A DNA stretch of 64,000 bases from Bacteroidales bacterium (lineage in GTDB: Bacteria > Bacteroidota > Bacteroidia > Bacteroidales > VadinHA17). Below are positions 26,153 to 36,470 of this stretch, one piece after another. A program made the position numbers and the translations under genes. The notes below the pieces were generated by a model. That model saw only the letters and a list, made by a program, of their open reading frames with translations. It was not told the DNA's origin and ran no database searches. How positions within the stretch are numbered: position 1 is the first letter of the stretch; each line of letters begins with the position of its first letter. The stretch spans positions 9,565 through 73,564 of the forward strand of contig JAXDBC010000017.1 in NCBI GenBank assembly GCA_034679225.1, read 5' to 3'.

Positions 26153-28444
26153 TTATCCAAGAATGCTCCATGCAACGGTCAGTCCGGCGAGGACAACCGA
26201 AACCATCGACATCAGTTTGATAAGGATATTGAGTGCCGGGCCTGAGGTATCCTTGAAAGGATCTCCTACCGTGTCGCCCACGACGGATGCCTTGTGAGGT
26301 TCGCTTCTTTTGCCGCCGTAGAAGCCGCGTTCGATGTACTTCTTGGCATTGTCCCATGCACCGCCAGAGTTGTTGAGCATGGTAGCAAGGACAAATCCTG
26401 TTGTCATTCCGCCAGCGAGAAGGCCGATCACACCGGGAACGCCGAATAACAGTCCAACCAACATGGGAACAACGATCGCGATCATTGAAGGGACAAGCAT
26501 TTCGCTCTGTGCACCCTTTGTTGAGATCTCAACGCATTTTGCATATTCTGGTTTTGCCGTTCCTTCCATGATGCCGGGGATTTCGCGGAACTGACGACGA
26601 ACCTCGTCCACCATTTTACCTGCGGCGCGACCGACTGCTTTCATGCTCATTGAGCTGAAAAGGAATGCCATCATTCCTCCTATGAAAACACCACCGAGGA
26701 GAATGGGATTAAAAAGTGAAAGATCGTACGCGGCAGCAAAATCCCTGACTGAAGCGCTAGTAATATGAACCGCGGTCTGTCCGTCCTGAACTGCCGGTAC
26801 AGTACTGTTATAGAAGAGAGTATCACCTATCTGCTTGAAGCCTTCAGGTGCCTTGTCGATAAGCCGGCCAAGCCACAGCCTGACTTCTTCCATGTATGCT
26901 GCCATAAGGGCAAGAGCTGTAAGAGCAGCTGAACCGATAGCAAATCCTTTTCCGGTTGCTGCTGTAGTATTGCCAAGTCCGTCGAGTGCATCAGTCCTTT
27001 CCCTGACTTCCTTGGGAAGTTCCGACATCTCGGCGTTTCCGCCCGCGTTATCGGCAATCGGTCCGAATGCATCGGTTGCAAGAGTAATACCAAGGGTTGA
27101 GAGCATACCCACTGCAGCGAATCCAATGCCGTACACTCCCATTGCAAAGTTGGAGAAACCTCCTGCAAAACCGTAAGCAGCTATGATACCGGCAACGATT
27201 GTTACAACCGGGATCCATGTAGAAGACATACCAACTGCCATCCCTTCGATAATTACTGTGGCAGGACCCTGAACGGCCTGTTTTGCAATGCCCTGGGTGG
27301 GCTTGTTACCATCAGAAGTGTAGTATTCGGTCGACTGGCCTATAATCACACCTGCCAGAAGACCTGCAACTGCTGAACCGAATACGCCCCATGTAATCCA
27401 GTCAAATCCTGCCATGACAGCCAGAACAACCAGAATAAGTGCAGAGCTGCCTCCGGTACCAAGAAGAAGGGCTTGAAGAAGAGCTTTTGGTGTTGCTGAT
27501 TCCTTTGTTCTTACAAAATATACACCGGCAATTGAAAGAAGGATACCAATAGCTGACACCAGCATAGGGGCGATTACTGCCTTCATCTGGACATCGCCCG
27601 CTACCGCGGGAAGAGCAGCGCCGAGAGCAGCTGTGGCAAGAATTGATCCTGCATACGATTCATATAGATCAGCGCCCATACCGGCTACATCACCCACGTT
27701 ATCGCCAACGTTGTCGGCAATGGTCGCGGGGTTGCGGGGGTCATCCTCGGGGATGCCTGCTTCAACCTTTCCAACCAGGTCAGCACCCACGTCGGCAGCC
27801 TTTGTAAAGATACCGCCTCCCACGCGTGCAAAGAGAGCCTGTGTCGATGCACCCATTCCGAATGTAAGCATAACAGCCGTGATTTCTATAAGTTTCACAT
27901 GTTCAGTAGTACCAGGATGAACAAATGTAAGACCGAGGAATGTCATTCCATTAGCCATATGCTCGGGTGTAAATACCAGCTCGTTAAGGATCCAGAACCA
28001 GAGAGCTATGTCAAGCAGACCGAAGCCGACAACGACAAGACCCATAACCGCACCGCTCCTGAGAGCAACCTGCAGTCCCTTGTTAAGCGATTTTGAAGCA
28101 GCCCATGCTGTCCTGTTCGATGCATAAGTTGCTGTTTTCATCCCGAGAAAACCGCAGAGGCCCGAGAAGAACCCCCCGGTAAGAAATGCAACAGGAACAA
28201 AAGGATTCTGAATCCCCATATAAGCCAGCAAAGTCAGCAGGATAACAAGTATAACGAACACCTTGAATACGACAGAATACTGACGCTTGAGATATGCCAT
28301 TGCCCCTTCCCTGACATAAGCCGCGATTTCCTTCATCCTGTCGGTGCCTTCTTCCTGAGCTTTCATGCCCCGGTAGAAGATCCATGCAAAAAGCAATGCC
28401 AGGAGTGCAGAAACCGGCACAATCCAAAAAATACTACTAATCAT
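26153..28444 (-). CDS. hppA: Membrane-bound ion-translocating pyrophosphatase (probably K+-dependent subclass)
   Basis: 763-aa polytopic protein with [17 protein letters not shown] and [18 protein letters not shown]. Ala rather than Lys in GNTTAA suggests the K+-dependent type. H+ versus Na+ specificity cannot be told from here. Confidence 0.95.
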   Translation of the reverse strand: MISSIFWIVPVSALLALLFAWIFYRGMKAQEEGTDRMKEIAAYVREGAMAYLKRQYSVVFKVFVILVILLTLLAYMGIQNPFVPVAFLTGGFFSGLCGFLGMKTATYASNRTAWAASKSLNKGLQVALRSGAVMGLVVVGFGLLDIALWFWILNELVFTPEHMANGMTFLGLTFVHPGTTEHVKLIEITAVMLTFGMGASTQALFARVGGGIFTKAADVGADLVGKVEAGIPEDDPRNPATIADNVGDNVGDVAGMGADLYESYAGSILATAALGAALPAVAGDVQMKAVIAPMLVSAIGILLSIAGVYFVRTKESATPKALLQALLLGTGGSSALILVVLAVMAGFDWITWGVFGSAVAGLLAGVIIGQSTEYYTSDGNKPTQGIAKQAVQGPATVIIEGMAVGMSSTWIPVVTIVAGIIAAYGFAGGFSNFAMGVYGIGFAAVGMLSTLGITLATDAFGPIADNAGGNAEMSELPKEVRERTDALDGLGNTTAATGKGFAIGSAALTALALMAAYMEEVRLWLGRLIDKAPEGFKQIGDTLFYNSTVPAVQDGQTAVHITSASVRDFAAAYDLSLFNPILLGGVFIGGMMAFLFSSMSMKAVGRAAGKMVDEVRRQFREIPGIMEGTAKPEYAKCVEISTKGAQSEMLVPSMIAIVVPMLVGLLFGVPGVIGLLAGGMTTGFVLATMLNNSGGAWDNAKKYIERGFYGGKRSEPHKASVVGDTVGDPFKDTSGPALNILIKLMSMVSVVLAGLTVAWSILG

Positions 28445-28849
28445 GATATCAGTTTTTAAATTAGAAAAATTAGGTTCCGGTATGACAAAAATTTTGCCGC
28501 TACAAAACTAATTCAGTTTTTTATTTATGCAAGCGAAAAAAAGCATTCCCGAATCAAATTGCTCTTAAAAAACGTAATTAATGTTTTCAGGTTCTGCCAT
28601 TGTATACTGTGGCGTATTCTCCCCTGGGTATCCCCGGGGCTGCCGCGGGAAATAAACCTTTAATTTTCACTTCGCAGGTATTGCTCAAGGAAATGAGATG
28701 AGAATGCATCAGGCAGGCAACAAAACTGACATTTTATTACATTTACCGGGAATATTTCAAGGGAATCCCGGCAAACTGCCATATGAGTGCTTTTTTTGAA
28801 GACAAGAATGCCGCGAAGCATGGAGGAAGAAGATAATAAATTACATAAG

Positions 28850-29824
28850 ATGGAAAGAATAAGAATCGGAGTATCCGGATACGGAAACCTGGGAAAGGGA
28901 GTCGAACTGGCAGCCGCCCGGAACCCCGACATTGAACTGGTGGCTATCTTCACCAGAAGGGACCCGGGACATGCCGCAACTGGCTCTGCCCTTGTTCATA
29001 TATCCGAATTAAGAAAATACACTGACAAGATAGATGTTCTTATTCTATGTGGCGGCTCAGCTGCCGACCTGCCTCTCCAGGGACCTGAACTGTCGCGGTT
29101 GTTCAATACTGTCGACAGTTTCGACACTCATGCAAAAATTCCCGGATATTTCAGGCAGGTAGATGAATCTTCCCGGGCGGCAGGAAAACTAAGCCTGGTG
29201 TCAGCAGGCTGGGATCCCGGACTGTTTTCACTGGCAAGGCTCCTGGGCCGGTGTGTGCTGCCCTCCGGACACGATTACACATTTTGGGGGAAGGGAGTCA
29301 GCCAGGGGCATTCGGATGCCATCAGGAGAATTGCCGGAGTTAAAAATGCCATTCAATATACCATACCTGTTGAAAGTGCCCTGCAGAGAGTCCGCTCAGG
29401 AGAAAATCCTGAACTCTCAACATCCGAAAAGCACATCAGGGATTGCTACGTGGTGGCGGAAGAGGGAGCCGACCGTGCAGCTATTGAAAAAGCAATAGTT
29501 ACGATGCCGGACTATTTCAGAGACTACAAAACAACTGTGAATTTCATCACTGAGGAAGAACTTAAAACCAGGCATTCAGGAATGCCTCATGGAGGAATTG
29601 TTATACGGACCGGCACAACCGGAAAAGGGATGGGGCAGAGAATGGAGTTCAGCCTTGATCTTGAAAGCAATCCCGAATTCACTGCAAGCGTTATCGTGGC
29701 CTATGCCAGGGCTATAGCAAGGATGGCAAAAGAAGGACAGACAGGCGCAAGGACAGTTTTCGACATTCCTTTTGGCCTTCTTTCACCCGAATCGCCTGAA
29801 GAGCTAAGGAAAAATATACTGTAG
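28850..29824 (+). CDS. ddh: meso-diaminopimelate D-dehydrogenase
   Basis: Start at MERIRIGVSGYGNLGKGVELAAARNPDIELVAIFTRRDP (ATG 28850). The dinucleotide-binding N-terminus and overall layout are typical of Ddh. Confidence 0.85.
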   Translation: MERIRIGVSGYGNLGKGVELAAARNPDIELVAIFTRRDPGHAATGSALVHISELRKYTDKIDVLILCGGSAADLPLQGPELSRLFNTVDSFDTHAKIPGYFRQVDESSRAAGKLSLVSAGWDPGLFSLARLLGRCVLPSGHDYTFWGKGVSQGHSDAIRRIAGVKNAIQYTIPVESALQRVRSGENPELSTSEKHIRDCYVVAEEGADRAAIEKAIVTMPDYFRDYKTTVNFITEEELKTRHSGMPHGGIVIRTGTTGKGMGQRMEFSLDLESNPEFTASVIVAYARAIARMAKEGQTGARTVFDIPFGLLSPESPEELRKNIL

Positions 29825-29843
29825 GATTCGATACATTAAAAAT

Positions 29844-30434
29844 ATGTCCGGCAGAACCAAAACAAACGACTTTGCCGACGACCTGAAAAAGGCTGTTGAG
29901 ATACTTAAGCGGGGGGGAATTATACTGTACCCGAGCGATACCATCTGGGGACTGGGCTGTGATGCAACCAGGCAGGATGCTGTTGAAAGGATCTTCGCAA
30001 TCAAGCAGCGCGACGACGGCAGAAGTCTTATCGTACTGGTGAACGGATTCGGCATGCTTGAACACTATGTCAGGAGCGTGCCGGAAATAGCTTACCATCT
30101 GGCCGAGATTGCCGACAGGCCGCTCACCATAATATATCCCGAAGGGAGGAATCTGGCTCCGGGTGTTCGCGGAAGTGACGGATCGGTAGGTATAAGAATT
30201 TGTTTTGACGGATTCTGCAACGAGCTTGTTACACGCTTCGGAAAACCGATTATATCAACATCAGCCAATATCAGCGACACACCGGCGCCGGCTGTTTTCA
30301 GTGAGATAGACAAAGTGATAGTTGATTCAGCCGACTATGTGGTAAGTTACCTGCAAACGGACCCTACCAGGAATACGCCATCGTCAATCATAAAGGTTGA
30401 ATATAACGGTGTAATAAAAATTATCCGCTTATAG
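29844..30434 (+). CDS. tsaC: L-threonylcarbamoyladenylate synthase (TsaC/YrdC family)
   Basis: 196 aa with YPSDTIWGLGCDA and ISTSANISD blocks of the YrdC fold. Confidence 0.85.
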   Translation: MSGRTKTNDFADDLKKAVEILKRGGIILYPSDTIWGLGCDATRQDAVERIFAIKQRDDGRSLIVLVNGFGMLEHYVRSVPEIAYHLAEIADRPLTIIYPEGRNLAPGVRGSDGSVGIRICFDGFCNELVTRFGKPIISTSANISDTPAPAVFSEIDKVIVDSADYVVSYLQTDPTRNTPSSIIKVEYNGVIKIIRL

Positions 30435-30445
30435 AAATTGCAGAC

Positions 30446-30964
30446 CTAAAGATTGATTTCCAGGAGCCCGTCCGGCAGGTTCATTGTTATTGTCTTGTTC
30501 TTTTTGTTTATGCCGGTGATGAAATCACCGTGAAGCGGCACAAGGATCTCCCTTTTTTCGGGCGATAGTATCCTGAGCAGGTCCTGTCCCGGATTCTGAA
30601 TAATCTCTTCTATGATGCCGACAATGCCGCGATCGCTTAGCAACACGGTGAACCCTTTTATTTCTGAATTGTCGCCGGCTTTGTCCTGAACAGCTGCCGT
30701 GGTCATTCTTACCCGGCAACCGCTGAACATCGAAGCTTTCTCATAAGAGTCGAAGCCTTCAAGTTTCAGTTTGATGGTCTCTCCTCCCTCATCTTGCAGG
30801 GATGTGATAAAAAAAGGAACCGGTTTCCCTTCGTATTCGATGAAAACCGATTCCATGTCAGAAATATCTTCTTCAAAGTCCTTTTCCAGTTTCACTGACA
30901 GTATGCCGTCATAGCCCTGGATCTTCTGTATCCTTCCGATCAATATGCCGGCATTGTACGCCAC
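30446..30964 (-). CDS. rimM: 16S rRNA processing protein RimM
   Basis: 172 aa with IGRIQKIQGYDGIL (RimM N-domain) and a PRC-barrel C-terminus, directly downstream of rpsP. Confidence 0.85.
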   Translation of the reverse strand: MAYNAGILIGRIQKIQGYDGILSVKLEKDFEEDISDMESVFIEYEGKPVPFFITSLQDEGGETIKLKLEGFDSYEKASMFSGCRVRMTTAAVQDKAGDNSEIKGFTVLLSDRGIVGIIEEIIQNPGQDLLRILSPEKREILVPLHGDFITGINKKNKTITMNLPDGLLEINL

Positions 30965-30991
30965 AGGCCAAAGTACCCTGTAATACTTTGA

Positions 30992-31573
30992 TTATTCAGT
31001 TGCAGCTTCTTCAGCTGAAGTTTCAGCAGATGTATCACCAGCAGCCGGGACTTCAGCGGCAGCTTCAGCATGTGCTTCTTCAGAAGCTGCTTCGGCCTGT
31101 TCCTTCGCGGCAAGTTCAGCCTGTTTCTTTGCCAGTCTGGCGGCCCTTTCTTCATTTACTTTCTTCTCAGCAAGAAGGCGTTTGCTTACATCAGCATCTC
31201 TCGATTTCTCGATACCTGATTTTTTGGATTCAATCTTTTCTTCATTCTGCTTCATCCAGGCTTCAAATCTCCTGTCTGCTTCAGCTTCATCAAATGCACC
31301 CTTCTTCACTCCTTCGAGCAAGTGCTTTTTCAACAGGACACCCTTGTATGAAAGGATGGCTCTGCAGGTTTCTGTCGGTAGCGCGCCCTTTTGCAGCCAA
31401 CCCAACGCTTTATCGAAATCCAGCTCGATGGTTGCGGGGTTAGTTCTCGGATTGTAATTTCCGATCCTTTCAATATATCTGCCATCCCGTGGCGACCTGC
31501 TATCAGCTACCACAATGTGGTAGTAGGCTGTTCTCTTACGGCCTTTCCTAGCTAATCTGATTTTAACTGCCAT
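30992..31573 (-). CDS. rpsP: 30S ribosomal protein S16 with Ala/Glu/Lys-rich C-terminal extension
   Basis: [42 protein letters not shown] followed by a roughly 100-aa charged tail, as is common in Bacteroidota. Confidence 0.95.
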   Translation of the reverse strand: MAVKIRLARKGRKRTAYYHIVVADSRSPRDGRYIERIGNYNPRTNPATIELDFDKALGWLQKGALPTETCRAILSYKGVLLKKHLLEGVKKGAFDEAEADRRFEAWMKQNEEKIESKKSGIEKSRDADVSKRLLAEKKVNEERAARLAKKQAELAAKEQAEAASEEAHAEAAAEVPAAGDTSAETSAEEAATE

Positions 31574-31645
31574 TTAGTTTTTAACGCTTTTTATTAAACC
31601 TGTTTTTAAAAATGTGGGTGCAAATATATTGAATTTTTTCATCAT
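31574..31645 (-). other. 23-codon upstream ORF abutting the rpsP start (TAAATG)
   Basis: ATGATGAAAAAATTC... encodes MMKKFNIFAPTFLKTGLIKSVKN. Its TAA (31576..31574) is directly followed by the rpsP ATG (31573). The start region is part of element copy 3. Translation is unproven. Confidence 0.25.
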
Positions 31646-31765
31646 AATATAATTTTGATTTTAGCGGTATGATAGCCTGCCCCGCTCAAGCGGGGGAACC
31701 GCACATGATTGAAAATTATATTCATTACGTATTTGTGCTTGAATTCAATCATGTGGGTTTCAAGA
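31646..31765 (-). repeat. Structured intergenic element, copy 3 (upstream of rpsP)
   Basis: Bases 31635-31663 are identical to 15925-15953 of copy 1. Inner hairpin CCCCGC-tcaa-GCGGGG at 31680-31695; outer repeat GAACCGCACATGATT (31696-31710) with AATCATGTGGGTTTC (31747-31761). Confidence 0.8.
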
Positions 31766-31795
31766 AACAACTAAATAAATTGAGTTACAGACTAT

Positions 31796-31815
31796 GGGGC
31801 ACGGGGCGCGGGGTG
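31796..31815. repeat. G-rich heptamer stutter GGGGCAC GGGGCGC GGGGTG
   Basis: Three G4 runs spaced by 3 nt. It is the reverse complement of the word type seen at 25078-25091. Confidence 0.6.
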
Positions 31816-31896
31816 TCATGATAAGTGAATGCCGGGTGATTGTCGGGCGTTGATAACTCGTGGCGGATTTTTGGGATGCCTGTCGGTCTTTTTGGC

Positions 31897-31904
31897 TAAT
31901 TTTG
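31897..31904 (+). promoter_or_regulatory. Bacteroidota -7 promoter box TAATTTTG (dnaE)
   Basis: Exact TAnnTTTG match 31 nt upstream of ATG 31935. A TTTG at 31870-31873 could be the -33 element. Confidence 0.45.
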
Positions 31905-31934
31905 TGTTCCGGCATTAACATAAAAACATAAAAT

Positions 31935-34900
31935 ATGGCCCCTTTCGCGCATTTGCATGTACACACGCAGTATTCAATACTTGACGGAGCCTCTAACATC
32001 CCGAAGCTGATCGACAGGGTTAAGCAGCTTGGGATGGAGGCAGTTGCCATAACCGACCATGGCAACATGTTCGGTGTAAAGGAATTTCATGCCGCGGCGC
32101 TGGAAAAGGGTATCAAACCCATCCTTGGATGTGAATTATATGTAGCCAAACGGCCTGTGGGCGGAACATCGGTAAAGGAGGACAGGTCGGGTGATCACCT
32201 GATTCTTCTGGCAAAGAATCTAAAGGGATACCATAACCTGATAAAACTGGTATCGCTGGCCTGGATAAAGGGTTTTTATTACACTCCCCGCGTCGACAAG
32301 GAAATGCTGGCGCGATACAGGGAGGGACTTATTGCATCGTCGGCATGCCTTGCAGGAGAGATCCCGGATGAGATACTCAATGGATCGATGGCTTCGGCAG
32401 AAAAAGCGTTGAAGGAATACATAGATCTTTTCGGCGAGGACTTCTACCTTGAGATACAGAGGCATGAGACTTATGATCCGGAAGCCGACAGCAGCGTTTT
32501 TCCCAAACAGCAGCTGGTAATAGAGGGCATAAGGAAACTTGCTGATAAACATAGTGTAAAGATCATTGCTACCAACGACGTTCACTTCATCAACGCTGAG
32601 GATGCGGAGGCTCACGACCGTCTTATCTGCATTAACACAGCGAAGGACATTGACGATCCCGACAGGCTAAGGTATTCACGGCAGGAATACCTGAAGAGCG
32701 AGGAAGAGATGAGGGTGATCTTCAGCGATATACCCGAAGCAATAGACAATGTTGCCGGGCTGGTTGAAAAGATCGGGAAATATAATCTCGACCACGATCC
32801 GATCATGCCCGACTTCAAACTGCCCGAAGCCTTCAGCGACGAAAATGAATATCTCAGGTTCCTTACCTACAGTGGTGCGAAGGAGAGATGGGGGACTCTC
32901 ACGGATGAACAAACCGAGCGCCTGGAGTTTGAACTCGACACCATATCGAAGATGGGTTTCCCGGGATACTTCCTCATCGTTCAGGATTTTCTCAGGGCAG
33001 CTCGCGAGATGGGTGTCTCGGTTGGCCCGGGCAGAGGCTCTGCAGCAGGTTCGGCAGTTGCCTGGTGTCTTAGAATAACCGACATAGATCCTATAAAATA
33101 CGGACTGCTGTTTGAACGATTCCTCAATCTCGACCGTATCTCAATGCCCGATATCGATATCGACTTTGATGAGGACGGAAGGGAGGATGTCCTTAAATAT
33201 GTGGTGAACAAGTATGGTCACGACAAGGTTGCCCATATAATCACCTTCGGCACCATGGCTGCAAAGGGAGCCATAAGGGATGTTGCAAGGGTTCAGAAGC
33301 TTCCCCTTCCCGATGCCGACAGGCTGGCCAAGCTGGTTCCCGAAAGACCCGGAATAAAACTCTCGGATGCATATTCCGAAGTTCCGGAACTGGCAAAGGA
33401 AAGAAACTCCGGCAACAAGCTCATTGCCCAGACTCTGAAGTTTGCAGAAGTCCTGGAGGGATCGGTGCGGCAGACCGGCATCCATGCCTGTGGAATAATA
33501 ATCGGGAAAGAATCGCTCGACAACTACGTACCCCTGAGCACGGCAAAGGACGCCGACCTGTATGTAACCCAGTACGATGGTAACCAGGTCGGACAGGTGG
33601 GACTTCTGAAAATGGATTTCCTGGGGCTGAAAACTCTGTCAATAATAAAGGACTGCATTGAGAACATCCGGAGGTCACGAGGAATAGAAATAGATATCGA
33701 CAATCTTCCTTTCGATGACATGAAGACTTTTGAATTATTCAGCAACGGCGAGACGACAGGTATTTTCCAGTTTGAATCAACCGGTATGAAGCGTTACCTG
33801 AGGGAACTGAAGCCGAACCGGTTTGAGGACCTCGTGGCCATGAACGCCCTGTTCCGGCCGGGGCCTATGGATCACATCCCCCAGTATATCAGGAGGAAAC
33901 ACGGTCTTGAACCCATCAATTATATTCTTCCTGTAATGGAAAAGTACCTTACGGATACCTACGGCATAACCGTTTACCAGGAGCAGGTGATGCTTCTTTC
34001 CCAGGAGCTGGCGGGCTTTACCAAGGGCGAGGCCGATAACCTCAGAAAGGCAATGGGAAAGAAGAAGAAATCGATAATGGACGAGATGAACATCAAGTTC
34101 AGGGAAGGGTGCAGGAAAAATGGATACGATGAAGCGATAATAGACAAGATATGGTCTGACTGGGAAGCTTTCGCGCACTATGCTTTCAACAAGTCTCACT
34201 CCACCTGTTACGCCCTGATAGCATTCCAGACCGGCTACCTCAAGGCCAATTACCCTGCCGAGTATATGGCCGCGGTTCTGAGCAGGAACATCAGCGACAT
34301 TAAGAAGATAACAACCTTTATGGATGAGACCCGCAGGATGGGAATGGAAGTACTGGGACCCGATGTAAATGAGAGTAATGTTAAATTCACCGTGAACAAG
34401 GACGGCAACATCAGGTTTGGTCTGGGAGGAATCAAGGGTGTGGGTGAGAGTGCTGTGTTGCAGCTTATAAATGAACGTGAGCAGAACGGGCTTTACAGCA
34501 GCATCTATGATCTCGTCGAAAGAGTGAACCTTAATGCCCTCAACAAGAAAAACCTTGAGGCAATGGCAGTTGCAGGTGCTTTCGACTGTTTCGATTCCAT
34601 CTCCAGGGCCCAGTATTTCGCCACCGATACCAAAGGCTTAACCTTTATAGAGAACCTGATAAGGTATGGCAACAACGTCAAGACGATTAAAAATTCGAGT
34701 CAGCAGACCCTGTTCGGAGGGGCAGCGGGTTTCGACATCCCGAAGCCCGAGCCGCAGGCCTGTGTCGACTGGCCGAAACTTGAAAAGCTGAATCGCGAAA
34801 AGGAGGTCATAGGCATCTATCTGTCGTCTCATCCCCTCGATGATTTCGAACTTGAGATAAACACATTCACGACAGCAACGCTGGCCGGTCTTCAAAACCT

Positions 34901-35420
34901 GAGCGAATACAACGAACGCGACGTTACGGTGGCAGGTATGGTGATCGACACCAGAAGCGGGACAAGCAAGAACGGAAAACCATACGGGTCTTTTACCCTG
35001 CAGGATTATAGCGATTCATTCCGGTTTATCCTCTTCGACAAGGAGTACCTGGAACTCAGTAAATTCTTCACTGTCGGCTATTACCTTCTGGTGAAGGGGA
35101 GGGTTCAGAAAAGAAAATACCGCGCGGATGAGCTTGAATTCCGTATAAAAACAATAAACCTGCTGTCGAGCGTGAAGGATGACCTGATAAAATCAGTGAC
35201 CATCAAGATCAATCCACAGGATATCTCAAGTGAAATGACACACGAACTGATGACTCTGGTGAATGAAAACAAGGGCTCGACCGAACTGAGGTTCCTTTTC
35301 TGGGATTCGGAAGACAAGATCTCACTTTCCATGTTTTCGCGCAGTATAAGGGTAAGGCTTAACAATGAACTGCTCGCGTTTCTCGATGATTTTCCGGGAA
35401 TTGACTACAAGGTAAACTGA
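31935..35420 (+). CDS. dnaE: DNA polymerase III subunit alpha
   Basis: 1161 aa. PHP domain MAPFAHLHVHTQYSILDGA, followed by palm/fingers blocks and a C-terminal OB fold. Confidence 0.95.
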   Translation: MAPFAHLHVHTQYSILDGASNIPKLIDRVKQLGMEAVAITDHGNMFGVKEFHAAALEKGIKPILGCELYVAKRPVGGTSVKEDRSGDHLILLAKNLKGYHNLIKLVSLAWIKGFYYTPRVDKEMLARYREGLIASSACLAGEIPDEILNGSMASAEKALKEYIDLFGEDFYLEIQRHETYDPEADSSVFPKQQLVIEGIRKLADKHSVKIIATNDVHFINAEDAEAHDRLICINTAKDIDDPDRLRYSRQEYLKSEEEMRVIFSDIPEAIDNVAGLVEKIGKYNLDHDPIMPDFKLPEAFSDENEYLRFLTYSGAKERWGTLTDEQTERLEFELDTISKMGFPGYFLIVQDFLRAAREMGVSVGPGRGSAAGSAVAWCLRITDIDPIKYGLLFERFLNLDRISMPDIDIDFDEDGREDVLKYVVNKYGHDKVAHIITFGTMAAKGAIRDVARVQKLPLPDADRLAKLVPERPGIKLSDAYSEVPELAKERNSGNKLIAQTLKFAEVLEGSVRQTGIHACGIIIGKESLDNYVPLSTAKDADLYVTQYDGNQVGQVGLLKMDFLGLKTLSIIKDCIENIRRSRGIEIDIDNLPFDDMKTFELFSNGETTGIFQFESTGMKRYLRELKPNRFEDLVAMNALFRPGPMDHIPQYIRRKHGLEPINYILPVMEKYLTDTYGITVYQEQVMLLSQELAGFTKGEADNLRKAMGKKKKSIMDEMNIKFREGCRKNGYDEAIIDKIWSDWEAFAHYAFNKSHSTCYALIAFQTGYLKANYPAEYMAAVLSRNISDIKKITTFMDETRRMGMEVLGPDVNESNVKFTVNKDGNIRFGLGGIKGVGESAVLQLINEREQNGLYSSIYDLVERVNLNALNKKNLEAMAVAGAFDCFDSISRAQYFATDTKGLTFIENLIRYGNNVKTIKNSSQQTLFGGAAGFDIPKPEPQACVDWPKLEKLNREKEVIGIYLSSHPLDDFELEINTFTTATLAGLQNLSEYNERDVTVAGMVIDTRSGTSKNGKPYGSFTLQDYSDSFRFILFDKEYLELSKFFTVGYYLLVKGRVQKRKYRADELEFRIKTINLLSSVKDDLIKSVTIKINPQDISSEMTHELMTLVNENKGSTELRFLFWDSEDKISLSMFSRSIRVRLNNELLAFLDDFPGIDYKVN

Positions 35421-35499
35421 TGGCGGAGACAGTGAAGGAGTAAGTGAATACTTGTGTACTGGATATCGGGTTTGACCGGCAGCATTAATAAAATATCAA

Positions 35500-35507
35500 T
35501 ATCTTTG
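35500..35507 (+). promoter_or_regulatory. Bacteroidota -7 promoter box TATCTTTG (trxA)
   Basis: Exact TAnnTTTG match 39 nt upstream of ATG 35546. Confidence 0.45.
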
Positions 35508-35545
35508 CAAACTCGGATTTCAACTATATCAAAAATATTAAAGAA

Positions 35546-35866
35546 ATGGCATTAGAGATAAATGACAGCAACTTCGACGAGGTGGTCTTAAAATCGGAGC
35601 TTCCCGTAATGGTCGATTTCTGGGCTGAATGGTGCGGACCCTGCAGAATGATCGCACCCATTATGGAAGATCTTTCAAAGGAATACGAGGGGAGGCTAGT
35701 GGTTACAAAATGTGACATTGACAACAGTCCGGCTGTTGCTGCCAGGTTTGGCATCAGGAATATTCCCACGGTTCTTTTCTTCAGGGATGGAAAGGTTACT
35801 GACAAACAGGTAGGAGCTGTGCCGAAGATGAACTTCGTAAACAAGATAAACTCCCTTCTCCAATAG
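35546..35866 (+). CDS. trxA: Thioredoxin
   Basis: 106 aa with the canonical VDFWAEWCGPCRM active site. Confidence 0.95.
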   Translation: MALEINDSNFDEVVLKSELPVMVDFWAEWCGPCRMIAPIMEDLSKEYEGRLVVTKCDIDNSPAVAARFGIRNIPTVLFFRDGKVTDKQVGAVPKMNFVNKINSLLQ

Positions 35867-35877
35867 CCACTTTTCAG

Positions 35878-36453
35878 ATGACAGTCTGTGTTTTTGCTGC
35901 CTCGAGCAGCCGCATAGACCCCCGATATTTTGAGGCAGCATCCCTGTTAGGCACTCTTTTTGCCCGGTCGGGGATAAATGTAATCTACGGGGGCGGAGGC
36001 ATCGGTCTGATGGGTGCCCTTGCCGACGCTGTGATGGAAAATGGCGGCAGCATCACCGGAGTTATTCCGGCCTTCATGAGAGACGAAGGGTGGGGGCATC
36101 CGAAAGTAAGCGACATGATAGTGACCTCCGACATGGGGGAACGAAAAAGGAAGATGTTAGCAAGGGCAGGAGCCGTTGTTGCCCTTCCCGGAGGTATAGG
36201 GACCCTGGAGGAACTGACCGAAGCCATCACTCTTAAACAACTGGGGCTCTTTCACGGTCCGCTTGTAATGTTGAACACCCTTGGATTTTACGATCCGCTG
36301 ATCGGAGTTCTGGATAAAATGATCCGGGGAAATTTCATGCGAACCGTGCATAAGAATATGTGGACGGTTGCCGGAACTCCCGAAGAAGTTATTTATGCCC
36401 TGAGCGACTACAGGGGATGGACAGACGATCCGAGGAAAATTGCAAGGATTTGA
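35878..36453 (+). CDS. LOG family (TIGR00730-type) nucleotide 5'-monophosphate nucleosidase
   Basis: Contains GGGGIGLMGA and PGGIGTLEEL (the PGGxGTxxE motif). Confidence 0.85.
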   Translation: MTVCVFAASSSRIDPRYFEAASLLGTLFARSGINVIYGGGGIGLMGALADAVMENGGSITGVIPAFMRDEGWGHPKVSDMIVTSDMGERKRKMLARAGAVVALPGGIGTLEELTEAITLKQLGLFHGPLVMLNTLGFYDPLIGVLDKMIRGNFMRTVHKNMWTVAGTPEEVIYALSDYRGWTDDPRKIARI

Positions 36454-36470
36454 TCACCTGTTGTTTTAGG

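Noticed and set aside
30992-31443. Low-complexity Ala/Glu/Lys tail of S16 and the 151-aa antisense ORF 30988..31443
   Set aside because: Extended S16 C-termini are a known Bacteroidota feature. The antisense ORF is a Leu/Gln-rich mirror image of that low-complexity region.
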